Below are positions 29,513-40,700 of a stretch of 64,000 bases of DNA, one piece after another. The position numbers were made by a program, and so were the translations under genes. The first letter of the stretch is position 1, and the number at the start of each line of letters is the position of its first letter. Under the pieces are notes generated by a model. The model had not been told where the DNA came from and did not search any database. It was given only the letters and a program-made list of their open reading frames with translations. The stretch lies in IMG/VR virus record IMGVR_UViG_3300008267_000012, one strand, 5' to 3'. The stretch comes from a virus. Lineage: Duplodnaviria; Caudoviricetes.

Positions 29513-31957
29513 ATGGAAAATCAGCAAGTACAACCAACAACTGTTGATACTAGAGTTCAAGGTGGTGCAACAAAGAAAACAAAGAAACGAGAATTTAAAA
29601 ATCGTAAAACTTTTTCTTTGAAGGCAATGGAAGCTTTAGTTGACAAAGTTGGTTTTCTTAAAAATAAATATGAAGCATTAGCTATCAATGCTCAAGAAAA
29701 ATTGGGATATCATTATAATGAAATCTTGAATATCTTACTTTTCCATAAATATGTTAAAGGAAATAAAAAATTATTTAACATGTACAAAAAAGTAAAAGAT
29801 GCAATAAATAAAGGTTATGAATTTGAAAAGAAAAAATTAAAAGAAAATACCATGAAAAATAAAAGTAATAAAACTCATTTTGCAATTAATAAAAATACTA
29901 ACAAAATTCTAGAATCTTGGAATTATGAAGGTTATGAACATGATGAGTTAAAAAAATATAAAGATGAATATTTTACAAAAGATGTGAAAAGAAATTATCC
30001 ATTCTTGAATGAAAATGACATTGTAGTTGTTTCAGCTAAAAATTTAGAAAAAAGAGAACTTAATGAAAGTAATAAAAAAGATTGGCAGAAATATAACTAT
30101 TCTCATTTTGCTTTATTAAAAGAAACTAACCATATTCTATATGGTTTTGATTATTCTAATGTAGATTCAGAAGAATTAAAAGAAAATAAAAATCATTATT
30201 TCTTAAATGTTATATCTGAAGAATATGGTAATGAAATATCTCCAAAAGATGTTGTAGTTGTTAAATCTAGTAAACTTGATAAATTAGGTATTAAAGATTA
30301 TTTAAATGAATCTAATTGGGTTGGATTAATCAATGAAGCATATTGTGGAGACAATAAAGAAGAAATGATTGATGAAGTTAGTAGAGATAGAAATTTGATT
30401 AACAGTCTTGTAAATGGAGATATTTATGAATATGAAGTTCCAAGTTGGGCTTTAGGTGCTTTAATTAATGGTGATTATAGTGGATTAAGTGATGAAGATG
30501 AACAAAAAATAAATAACTTTGTTCAAAGCGTTGTATCTGAAGTTGGTAATGCTAATTTCTATGGAGGTGAAGAAGAAGATAGAATAGGTTTTAGTGGATT
30601 TAATGACATTGATAAATTAGGTAGTGAAGTATATAAAGTTTATGTTAGAAAGTCTAATATTGAAGAATCAACTGCAATGAGTAATGCATTCCCTGTTGGT
30701 AATCAACCTACAGGTGGATATCCTGTTGCTAATCCAAAAAAGAAAGGTAAGAAAAGAGGATTTGATTTAAAGAGTGGACAGAATATGTTTGACCCACCTA
30801 GTAATGATTTAGGTGGTTTAGATGATTTTTATAGTAGATGGTCAAACCCTGCATTTAAGAGTAATAAAGGACCTGTAAAAGTTGATAAAGCAGGTCGTGT
30901 TAAAGTTAATACTAAAACACATTATTCAGGTACAAATAAAAGTGTAAAAGGTGTAAATGAAAATTATAATTTAGTTGATTTAGATGCTTTAATGAATGAT
31001 GAGATTGTAGAATACAAAAAGATATCAGCACCTAGTAATGTATTTAAAAGTCCTAAGATTGAATTAATCAGAGAAAATAATAGAGATAGCATTACTGATT
31101 TTATTTTAAAACACCAAGGTCGTGAATTACCTGAAGTATATAATAAAAGACAGTTAGATACATTAGCATTAAAAACTTTAAATGAATATTATAATAGATT
31201 AGTTCAAAGACTTGGTTTACTAGCAGAAGAAAAAAGACCTGATGCATTAGTTAGAATTGATGCTCTTAAAAAACAATCTCAAAAAGATACTAATAACTAC
31301 TATAAAAAAGATGCAAGTAACAAAACCACTACTATGCTTGTTCAAAAAGGTGAAGGAGATGGTTTAGAATATGATAAAGATTCAAGAGAAAGAAAAGATA
31401 TTCCAATGTATAAGTTTCAATCTGACCATCAAAAACAATATCTTGAAAAAGGTCATAGAGGATTAGAAGATTTTGTTCCCGATAATAATCCAAATGGTGA
31501 AGTTGACCCTGTATGGGAAGCAAGAAAGAAAGCATTAATGAGTACACAAGAAGTTGGTGCAAAAGCATATGATTCAGCTAAGAAAAGAATTCAATACAAA
31601 AAAGATAATAAACTTGGTACAGGTAGAAATAGAGCAGTCCTTAATCAGGAGACCTTACCTAAAGTTGATAAAGCAGATGAATTATTAAAAGAAAATACAT
31701 TTACCGTTATAAATGAAGAAAATATCTTAAATCAGATACAATCTTATTACATTGATGACGAAAATAGAAAAAAACCTGTTATATTTGATTCAAACAATAT
31801 CGTTGAAATGCAAAAAATCAATGAAAATAAACTTTCGGGTTGTAAAGAATTAATATATAAAGGTTTAGGTCAAACTTTATCTGAAGACTTTAAAAATAGA
31901 GTTTTAAACAAGAAACTTCTTTACTCACCTGATAGTAAAAAAGTTTTCTTAGTTTAA
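29513..31957 (+). CDS. Large hypothetical protein (probable virion/internal head protein)
   Basis: 814 aa, many (L/I)xE sites, late-type motif upstream. Confidence 0.55.
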   Translation: MENQQVQPTTVDTRVQGGATKKTKKREFKNRKTFSLKAMEALVDKVGFLKNKYEALAINAQEKLGYHYNEILNILLFHKYVKGNKKLFNMYKKVKDAINKGYEFEKKKLKENTMKNKSNKTHFAINKNTNKILESWNYEGYEHDELKKYKDEYFTKDVKRNYPFLNENDIVVVSAKNLEKRELNESNKKDWQKYNYSHFALLKETNHILYGFDYSNVDSEELKENKNHYFLNVISEEYGNEISPKDVVVVKSSKLDKLGIKDYLNESNWVGLINEAYCGDNKEEMIDEVSRDRNLINSLVNGDIYEYEVPSWALGALINGDYSGLSDEDEQKINNFVQSVVSEVGNANFYGGEEEDRIGFSGFNDIDKLGSEVYKVYVRKSNIEESTAMSNAFPVGNQPTGGYPVANPKKKGKKRGFDLKSGQNMFDPPSNDLGGLDDFYSRWSNPAFKSNKGPVKVDKAGRVKVNTKTHYSGTNKSVKGVNENYNLVDLDALMNDEIVEYKKISAPSNVFKSPKIELIRENNRDSITDFILKHQGRELPEVYNKRQLDTLALKTLNEYYNRLVQRLGLLAEEKRPDALVRIDALKKQSQKDTNNYYKKDASNKTTTMLVQKGEGDGLEYDKDSRERKDIPMYKFQSDHQKQYLEKGHRGLEDFVPDNNPNGEVDPVWEARKKALMSTQEVGAKAYDSAKKRIQYKKDNKLGTGRNRAVLNQETLPKVDKADELLKENTFTVINEENILNQIQSYYIDDENRKKPVIFDSNNIVEMQKINENKLSGCKELIYKGLGQTLSEDFKNRVLNKKLLYSPDSKKVFLV

Positions 31958-31958
31958 A

Positions 31959-32393
31959 ATGATGGATTTAAAAGATAAGGATAAAATATCAAAAGATAAT
32001 TATTATCATTTATTTAGTGAGAATGTAGATTATCAAAAGGTAGAGGTATGCAAAGAGTTTATGATTGATTATACTAAGTTATTCATAAACTCTTTTTTAG
32101 GTTTTGATGCTTTTGATAATCAAGAACAGATTGATGAATATATTAAATGGTGTTTCAATAAAACATCAGAAGAATATAAAAAGATATATAATTTTGATTT
32201 TACAAATAGAGAAAAACTATTGTTGTATTTTACAACATACTCAAATGAAATCATAACAAAAGATGTAGACTTAAATATATTTGTAGATAAACTTATTAAA
32301 GTTATCAAAGAAAGATTTTATATTTACAAAAATAAAAATGAAAAAGATTTAAGAGATTTTATAAATTTGTATTTCCTTTTTTTTAAAAAATAA
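31959..32393 (+). CDS. Hypothetical protein
   Basis: 144-aa ORF in operon. Confidence 0.55.
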   Translation: MMDLKDKDKISKDNYYHLFSENVDYQKVEVCKEFMIDYTKLFINSFLGFDAFDNQEQIDEYIKWCFNKTSEEYKKIYNFDFTNREKLLLYFTTYSNEIITKDVDLNIFVDKLIKVIKERFYIYKNKNEKDLRDFINLYFLFFKK

Positions 32394-32398
32394 ATATT

Positions 32399-32674
32399 AT
32401 GAAAGCAAGATATTTTACTTACGCAGAAAAACCAAAACCTGTTTATTACCTAACTGATATCAGGGGAGAAATGTATCCAAATCATTCAATTGAAAATTTT
32501 AACAAAGAATTAGAAAAATGGTTAGCTAATCCTGATGTTGTTATAGTTGATGATAGAGAAATGACATATTCAAATGGACAAGTTGAAATGTCACAAATTG
32601 AAAAGTATTTAGATAAATTGGAACAACTAAAAAGACAAATTGAAGAAATAGAAAAAAAAGATAACGATGAATAA
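32399..32674 (+). CDS. Hypothetical protein
   Basis: 91-aa ORF in operon. Confidence 0.55.
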   Translation: MKARYFTYAEKPKPVYYLTDIRGEMYPNHSIENFNKELEKWLANPDVVIVDDREMTYSNGQVEMSQIEKYLDKLEQLKRQIEEIEKKDNDE

Positions 32675-32870
32675 AGAAGAACAAAATGAAATTAATTTCC
32701 TTAAAGAAGAAGAAATAAGGGAAGAGAAATTTTGGAAAGGTTATTCAAATAAATTAAAAGAACAAGTTCTTTCTGAAAATATTTTTCAAGAAGTTGAAAA
32801 ATTTAAATCATTGAAAACCAAAGAGAATAAAAACTTTTTTAAAAAATTCCTCAAAACTTTAGGATTTTAA
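32667..32870 (+). CDS. Hypothetical protein
   Basis: 67-aa ORF overlapping the previous gene. Confidence 0.5.
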   Translation: MNKEEQNEINFLKEEEIREEKFWKGYSNKLKEQVLSENIFQEVEKFKSLKTKENKNFFKKFLKTLGF

Positions 32871-32900
32871 TCTTATATTTAAGGCATAAATTTTAATGTT

Positions 32901-33062
32901 ATGCCAGTATCAAAACAAAGAAAAAATCAAAAGAAAAAAAGTACCGCTAGAACAAATAGATTAAAGACTGAGGCCAAAGTAATTACTAAAAAATTCTTAG
33001 AGAATTATAATAAGGTTATGGAAGCTAGAAATAAATCTGTTGAATCTAAAACTGAAGAATAA
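32901..33062 (+). CDS. 53-aa basic hypothetical protein (not in ORF track)
   Basis: MPVSKQRKNQKKKSTARTNRLK...; its stop overlaps the next ATG (TAATG). Confidence 0.55.
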   Translation: MPVSKQRKNQKKKSTARTNRLKTEAKVITKKFLENYNKVMEARNKSVESKTEE

Positions 33063-34150
33063 TGCATTTTATTAACAATTTGGAATCACCTAAGTTTGAT
33101 TTCCATGATATTGCTTTAGTTCCATCCATACTATCAAAAATAGAATCAAGGACTGAAGTTAAAATACCATACCCACTTCCGTTGATGGCATCTCCAATGA
33201 ACTCTGTTTTATCAATTAAAAAAGAAAACAGATTTCATGAAGAGTTTTTAAACTACTTGTTAAAAGAAATGATGGTCTGTGTTCCAAGAAATTACGAATA
33301 CAGTACATATACTGAATTATTTAAATATAGTAGTTTAAATAAAATGATGTTTAAGTCAATATCATTACAAGAATTTAGATTAATTGAAACACATTTTGAT
33401 ACATTTCAAAATCTTATACTTGATTCTGAGTGTATTCTTGTTGATATTGCTAACGGTCATATGCGTAAACTTTTAGATTTGTCTAAAATCTTTATTAAAA
33501 AGTTTAAAGATAAAAAATTAATGATTGGTAATATTGCTAATCCTCACACATATGATGAATTTTCTAAAATTGGTGTCCATTATTGTCGTATCGGTATTGG
33601 TGGTGGTAGTGTTTGTACAACAAGTGCTAATGCTTCAATTCATTATCCAATGGCATCATTGATTTATGAGTGTGCTAGAATAAAACAAGCAAATGCACAT
33701 AAATCTCTAATTGTAGCTGATGGTGGATTCAAAAACTTTGCTGACATTATTAAAGGTCTTGCTCTTGGTGCTGACTATATTATGCTTGGTGGAATTCTAA
33801 ATAAATGCTTAGATTCCGATTCTCATCCATATCTTTGGAAAAAATTTAAGATTACCAATATGTCTTTAGCCAAATGGCTTTATAAAAATAAATTTTCATT
33901 ATACAAAAGGCATGTTGGTATGTCCACAAAAGAAGTACAAAAGATTTGGGGTAATTATAAACTCAAAACATCTGAAGGTATTGCCAAATGGAATAAAGTT
34001 GAATATACCTTTGATGGATGGATTGAAAACTTTAATGATTACTTGAAAAGTACAATGAGTTATTTGAATTGTACAAATTTGGAAGAATTAAAAGAAAGGG
34101 CTACCTTTGCATTCATTACCGAAAATTCATTTAGGAGATTTCATAAATAA
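33062..34150 (+). CDS. IMP dehydrogenase / GMP reductase family protein (no CBS domains)
   Basis: VDIANGH, IGNIA, catalytic GIGGGSVCTT, IVADGG.K...DIIKGLALGADYIMLGG. Confidence 0.88.
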   Translation: MHFINNLESPKFDFHDIALVPSILSKIESRTEVKIPYPLPLMASPMNSVLSIKKENRFHEEFLNYLLKEMMVCVPRNYEYSTYTELFKYSSLNKMMFKSISLQEFRLIETHFDTFQNLILDSECILVDIANGHMRKLLDLSKIFIKKFKDKKLMIGNIANPHTYDEFSKIGVHYCRIGIGGGSVCTTSANASIHYPMASLIYECARIKQANAHKSLIVADGGFKNFADIIKGLALGADYIMLGGILNKCLDSDSHPYLWKKFKITNMSLAKWLYKNKFSLYKRHVGMSTKEVQKIWGNYKLKTSEGIAKWNKVEYTFDGWIENFNDYLKSTMSYLNCTNLEELKERATFAFITENSFRRFHK

Positions 34151-34155
34151 CAATA

Positions 34156-37100
34156 ATGACAATAAAAGAAAAGATTACCTACAAAACATTTAAAGATGAA
34201 GAGGTAGAAAGGTTTTTAAATGGTAGAAACATAAACCAAAAACATATTGTATGTATTGAAGGTAGTTCTTATTCTAATGTTGTCCAATTAGTTATTGATG
34301 ACCCTGAGAACAATAAAAAGTATATTAAGTCTGAAGAATATAAACCATTCATTTATGTCAAGGACTTAAAAAAACTTGGTATTCCTTTCTATAAAGATAG
34401 AAAAGATGAATATCGGGAGAATATGACAAAATATGGTATAACATTTAAAAAGTTAAAAATTACAGATAACAATGGTGCTGTAGTTGAAAGACTTGAAAAT
34501 GGGTATACACATATTGTTTATACGGATTCTATTTATGGAATGAGAGATTTACTTGCTTTCTTTAGGCATGGCGGTCTTGACATATATTGGAAATCAACTG
34601 AAACATTCACCACAAATTTGTTTACTCCCGATACCAAAGGGGGTAAACCTTTTGTATTTGATTCTAATAATGATAGTATATTATACAATACTGTTTCAGA
34701 GAATTATGAAATCATTATTAGAAATGTTAATAAAGTTGTTTATAATTCAATTCAAATAAAATATAGTGGCGAATTTACAGAAGAAAAATCTGATGATGAA
34801 GATAATGATAATCTAGATGATTTAATTAATGAGCAACCTAAAATAACCGTTCAATCAAATACATTAAAGAAATTAGCATTATTTCATAATTATGAAATCT
34901 TTCATGATGAAAGTGAAAATGTATATAGAATTATCTTTAAAGATAAATTAATTGAAGGTGAAAAGATAAATATATTTTATGAAATAGGTAATAGAAATTT
35001 ATTTTATACATTAAAACCTGAAGAACAATATTTAATTCAAAGAGGTGTTCGTATGTTTAATGGTTATAAAACATACGATGAAATACATAAACTTGTATTT
35101 GATATTGAAACTACAGGTCTCTATCCTAATAAGGATAGAATCTTTGCTATTGGTTGTAAAGATAATCGTAAATTTGTTTCAATTAACTTTGTTAATGAAA
35201 TGGATAATGATGAACAAGAAAAACAATTAATAATAAAATTTTTTAATATAATTAAAAAACTAAAACCTGCAATTATTTTTGGTTATAATAGTGAGGACTT
35301 TGATTTTAACTTCATATTAAGAAGAGCTGAAATATTAGGGTTAGATATATTAACATTAACAACAACTTATACTAATGATAAAACAATTAAAAGAATTGAA
35401 AACTCATCATTAAAAGTTGGTAATGAATCAAAATACTATACCAAAACATCCATGTTTGGTTATAATGTTTTAGATATAATTCATGCGGTATGGAAAACAC
35501 AAGCAATCAACTCAAATATGAAAGAAGCAGGTTTGAAATATGTTTGTAAATTTGCAGGTATTGCCAAACCTAATCGTATGTATGTTAAGAATGGTGCTAA
35601 GATTTTCCAAATGTGGAAAGAAGATAAATTCTATATCAATAAATCTGAAACTAATGAGTATGAATTAATACCCGATGAACATCAAAATGATGTTATATCA
35701 TATCTTAATACAAAACCTGATTATGATAAAGTAATAACAGGTAGTGAAATTATTGAGCAATATCTTGAAGATGACTTATGGGAAACATTGCAAGTTGATA
35801 AAATCTATAATGAATCAACATTCATGCTTGCAAAACTTCTTCCTACATCATTAGAAAGAACCGCTACAATTGGTGGTGCAGGTTCATGGAATCTTATTAT
35901 GACCGCTTGGAGTTATGAGAATGAACTTGCTATTCCTGTAACACCTAATAAAAGAGATTTCACAGGTGGTCTATCAAGAACATTCAAAGTTGGTTACTTT
36001 GAAAATATTTATAAGGAAGACTATGCAGGTCTATATCCATCTATTCAACTTGAACATTATGTATTTCCAAAACATGATGTAACCAATATCTTATTTAGAT
36101 TATTAAGTTATTTTAAGTTTACAAGGGATAAATATAAAAAGTGGGCAAAGGATGAAACACTACCTGAATCAGATAGGAAGTTTTATGATGCTCTACAACT
36201 TCCAATTAAAATTCTTAACAACTCAAACTTTGGTGCGTTTGGTTCTGAATATTTTAATTGGGCAGATTTTGATTGTGCTGAACGCATTACTTGTACAGGT
36301 AGACAATACCTCAGAAGAATGATTCATTATTTTATGAAATTCGGTGCAATCCCAATTACAGAGGATACTGATGGTTGTAACTTCTCTGTACCTGAATATA
36401 CAAATGTTGATTTAGATTTTAATACACTAGCAATACCAATTAAAATTGATGATTTAAGATATGAATATGAAGGTATAACATATAAGGGTGTTGATGCAAT
36501 GGTTGAAAAGTTTAATAATGAAATCATTGCAGGACAATATATGAAACTTGATAATGATGGTATGTGGATATCTGCTGCTAACTTTTCAAGAAAGAATTAT
36601 GCAAACCTTGAATATTCAACACTTGAAGATAAGAATAAGAAAAAGATATTTAATATTCCAAAAGAATATTTAAGTAAAGAAGATGAATACCTTAAAGAAT
36701 ACGCAGAGAAGAATTCTTACTTGGCAGAAGATACCAAGAATCTTAAAATTAAAAAGTCCAAGCCAAAGGTCACAGGAAACACAATCAAATCAAAAACCAT
36801 GTCGGAATACATTGAGGATTTTGTCAATCAAGGAATTAAACTTATCCTCACCAATAAACCTAAAGAGTTTATAGAATTCTATTATGAGTATTTGACAAAG
36901 ATTTATTGTAAACAAATTCCTATTAAAAAGATAGCATCCAAATCAAGGTTAAAACAAACTGTTGAAGAATATCAAAACAGAGGTACAGATATTAATGGTA
37001 AGGCAAAAGCTAAACAAGCACACATGGAACTTGTCATTGCTAATAATATCAATACAAGTGGTATGGACTTTATTTATTATGTAAATAATGGTACTGCAAA

Positions 37101-37797
37101 ATCTCATGGTGATGTATCTATCAATAAAAAAACAGGAATGTATAATTCATATGTAATTACTGAAAGTGAATTAAAAAACAATCCTGATATGCTTGGTGAA
37201 TATAATGTTGCTCGTTATGTTAATAACTTTAATAAACGTGTAACTGCTTTATTAACTGTATTTCCTGAGAAAATAAGAGATACTTTAATAAAAGAAAAAC
37301 CAATGGATAGAGAGTATTATTCAGACAGCGAAATCCAATTAGCAAATTTTGATAGAGATTCTATTGAAGATTTCTTTTACTTAGAAGAAAAGGAAGTTAA
37401 GTTTTGGAACAGAACAGGACTTAGACCTGATGATATATTCAAAGATTTTAAATGTGATTATGAAATCAAATCAAATGAATATTATCAGAAATACTTTGAA
37501 ATAAAAGAAAAGATTAAAGGTTTAGGTATAACATCTAAACTAAAAATGCAACATCAAAGATATAAGAAAGAAGATATTATTCTTTTACTTAAAAAGGGTT
37601 ATACTATTGATAATTTAACCATTGATTTAGAATATAGTAAATATCTCTCTACTGAAAATGTTTACTTACCATTAAAAGGTTATAAAGATTTATATGCAAT
37701 ATATAAACAAACCAAATCAAAGAAAATTGTTGAATATAATAGATTCTTTATTGCTAAAATTATTGATAATAAATTAAATGTGCTTAATGAAGTTTAA
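34156..37797 (+). CDS. polB: Family B DNA polymerase with 3'-5' exonuclease
   Basis: ExoI FDIETTG, ExoII GYNSEDFDF, ExoIII YLEDD; polymerase motifs A DYAGLYPS, B KILNNSNFG, C EDTDG. Confidence 0.9.
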   Translation: MTIKEKITYKTFKDEEVERFLNGRNINQKHIVCIEGSSYSNVVQLVIDDPENNKKYIKSEEYKPFIYVKDLKKLGIPFYKDRKDEYRENMTKYGITFKKLKITDNNGAVVERLENGYTHIVYTDSIYGMRDLLAFFRHGGLDIYWKSTETFTTNLFTPDTKGGKPFVFDSNNDSILYNTVSENYEIIIRNVNKVVYNSIQIKYSGEFTEEKSDDEDNDNLDDLINEQPKITVQSNTLKKLALFHNYEIFHDESENVYRIIFKDKLIEGEKINIFYEIGNRNLFYTLKPEEQYLIQRGVRMFNGYKTYDEIHKLVFDIETTGLYPNKDRIFAIGCKDNRKFVSINFVNEMDNDEQEKQLIIKFFNIIKKLKPAIIFGYNSEDFDFNFILRRAEILGLDILTLTTTYTNDKTIKRIENSSLKVGNESKYYTKTSMFGYNVLDIIHAVWKTQAINSNMKEAGLKYVCKFAGIAKPNRMYVKNGAKIFQMWKEDKFYINKSETNEYELIPDEHQNDVISYLNTKPDYDKVITGSEIIEQYLEDDLWETLQVDKIYNESTFMLAKLLPTSLERTATIGGAGSWNLIMTAWSYENELAIPVTPNKRDFTGGLSRTFKVGYFENIYKEDYAGLYPSIQLEHYVFPKHDVTNILFRLLSYFKFTRDKYKKWAKDETLPESDRKFYDALQLPIKILNNSNFGAFGSEYFNWADFDCAERITCTGRQYLRRMIHYFMKFGAIPITEDTDGCNFSVPEYTNVDLDFNTLAIPIKIDDLRYEYEGITYKGVDAMVEKFNNEIIAGQYMKLDNDGMWISAANFSRKNYANLEYSTLEDKNKKKIFNIPKEYLSKEDEYLKEYAEKNSYLAEDTKNLKIKKSKPKVTGNTIKSKTMSEYIEDFVNQGIKLILTNKPKEFIEFYYEYLTKIYCKQIPIKKIASKSRLKQTVEEYQNRGTDINGKAKAKQAHMELVIANNINTSGMDFIYYVNNGTAKSHGDVSINKKTGMYNSYVITESELKNNPDMLGEYNVARYVNNFNKRVTALLTVFPEKIRDTLIKEKPMDREYYSDSEIQLANFDRDSIEDFFYLEEKEVKFWNRTGLRPDDIFKDFKCDYEIKSNEYYQKYFEIKEKIKGLGITSKLKMQHQRYKKEDIILLLKKGYTIDNLTIDLEYSKYLSTENVYLPLKGYKDLYAIYKQTKSKKIVEYNRFFIAKIIDNKLNVLNEV

Positions 37798-40700
37798 CCA
37801 CCAGGAAATTCAGCAAATGGATTATTATTAAAGAAATTTAAATTTTCTTCTATAATTTGTTTTTGTTCTTCTAGTTGTTGTTTCTCTAATTCTTCTTGTG
37901 TTATAAAATCAAGAGTATTAACATCACCTCTAAATGTAGATGGACCTATATTAGTTGTAGCATTTGTTGTTGCAATACCTGCAAATGTAGGAGGTTGAAA
38001 TGCTGGTAATGGTAATTTCGGTGTATTAATAGGTGGTGGTGTTGATTGTGGAGAATCAGCAGGTTTAGTTTTAACATTAGTTTTCTCTTCTCCACTACCC
38101 TTACCTTTATATTGATAACCTTCTTCTTTTCTAGAAGAAGTAAATCTAACATTCTTATTATATCTACCACTATTAAATGATGTATTAGCAATGAAGCTAG
38201 AATCACTAGCAGTTTGAATTCTATCAATTGGACCTGCAAGAGATTGACCACCAAGAAGAGTTAAATCCATTGTTACTGTACAGTATAATGGAATAACACC
38301 CATACCTTCAGGATTTAAATCCCAAGTTGATTCACTTATATCAAAGTTAATTGACCTTGCAATTGCTTTTGTATGTAAGAAATCACCATAGCGTAAAATA
38401 AACACAGGCATCCTACCAAACACAGTATTTTCAACATTATTGCTATTTCTTAATCTAGAAGGTCTTGTTAATTGATGTAAGAATACATAACGCTTTGTAA
38501 AATCAAATGGTGTTTGACTATTAAACACAGGGGTAAATGTGTTTAATCTTTCAAATCCCATTGGGAATTTATGTGTTTCTTCTATCTTTTCAAAATTTAA
38601 ATTTAATATTGGGTCATTGTTTTGACCTATTACTTTGCTAAAATCACCTTGTCTTATTTTATCTTGAGCGTCATCATTTAATTGTGGGTCAATTGCGGAT
38701 TCAGTATTTGGTGCATTTGCATTTTCACTAAATGTAACTTTAAAGCCTTTCATTTTTGCAAATCTATCGCTTATTTCGTTAGGGTCATTTCTTTTTTCAA
38801 ATGTAGAACCATTAGATAAACTATCACCTTTAGGTTTCAAATTAAAAACTAAAAGAATTTCATTTTGTGCATATATACCTAATTCATATTTTAATTGACC
38901 AGGAATAGGAAGTTCTTTACTATCAGTTGGTACAATATTATCTGGACTTATACTATCTATTGTATATGTTGCAACTGAATTATAAAAAGTTATAAATTCA
39001 GTCATAAATCCATAAGCCCTTGAAAAACTTAAATTTCTATTATAATTTCTTGCTTGAGTTGAACCTCTACTTTTTGAAGCAATTAAATCTGTTGAACTAC
39101 CTTCTATATCTATTTCTATTTTTTCTACACTACCTGAAGCAATTAATTCAATTAATTGGTCAGTAGCTGCCGATATAGTACTTAAAAATGATGCATTAAA
39201 TGCTAATGTTGTTGATGATAATAATGGATTTGGTATTGTACCGTTAGCATCTTTATTAAGTTCTGTACAACTATCTAAAACACTATAATCAACCGAAACA
39301 GTATCAGTATCATAATAACCATTCTTAAAAAAATATTGAACAGGTGCATTAATAAATTTAGTTTCTGCTTTCTGTTTTGTTACTTTATCATTTTGTGTCT
39401 TATCTGTTTCTTGTTTATTATTAATAAATGAATCAACATCAAATAAATAATTTCCACAATTATGTAAATATGCACGGTAATTTTCAAGCGTTGGTTTTAA
39501 ATCCTGCATTTCTTTAACTGTATCAATTAATAAACGAAATGTTAAACTTAAATTTCTTGTAGTATTTTGATATGAGAATATTGGTTCAGGTCTACCAAGA
39601 AAATTCATATCTGTCCAGTTCACAGTATTATTATCCGATATTTTTACATCATATGGTGGAAACCACATCCATCTTCCTCCATTTGGTCCTTGGTCACCAT
39701 CATCATCATTTGTAACTCTTACAGCTAAATTTTCCATAGTAAAGAAATGTCTGCGTCTATCATCTATTGTATCACCATCATATGGTGCTATTTTAGGTAA
39801 AACACTTTCCTTTAATACAGAATTCTTTTCATTATTACCATTAAATCTAATTAACTTACTAAAATTATCGTACTGTTGATAAACCGTAAATGTTCTACAT
39901 TCACCATTACCTTTATAATAAACTATATTTGTATCAACATCAGTATATAATTTTTTTGTATTTTGTGCAATAACTTTATTTTCTTCAGCAAGTTTTGAAG
40001 TAAAATAGATTAATCCTCTTTTAACTTTATGGTCATTTAATATTATTTCTTGCACAGCAGGGTCTGAATCATAAATAAAACTACCATCAGAATCAGCATA
40101 ATATTTTTGTCTTTCAGTAAATTGTCCTGAAGCATCATCTTTATTTTCAAAAATTACAGCCTTTTTTAAACCAATATTTTTTGTTTCATCAACTGGTTTA
40201 TTTGATAAAGTACCAAAACCTTGTCTCCCTTCTAAATTTTTTCTTTCTTGAATATAATCTTTTGTTAAACTTCCTGAAGGTTTTTCATATAATGTAAAAT
40301 AAGATTGCGTATAATATTCAATATCTTTAAATGTATAAAACTCAGTTAATCCTCTATTACCAGCATTTTCAAGATTTAACCACTCACTATCATATGTATT
40401 TTGAAATACTATTGATAATGAAGTCCTATCAGTTATCCAAGGATTTTGAGAATATGTAGAAAAAGTATTTAAATAACCTGTTCTTCTTATTTTATCTTGA
40501 ATTAATTTTCCTGAATAATAAAAATATATATCTGATGAATATTTATATTCAGATACATTTGAATCAGCAGCAAAATTTAATAAATAATTTTCATTACTTC
40601 TATATCCAATTGTTCCTTCTAAAGCCCTATCAGAAAATGTTCTATTTGGGTTTTTATTTGCGTCAGTTATATTTGCATCATGTTTTTTAAAACTACCCTC

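Noticed and set aside
34156-37797. Intein or intron in the DNA polymerase (or terminase)
   Set aside because: Insertions exist, but no Cys/Ser...His-Asn splice junction or LAGLIDADG block was seen and the frames are continuous.
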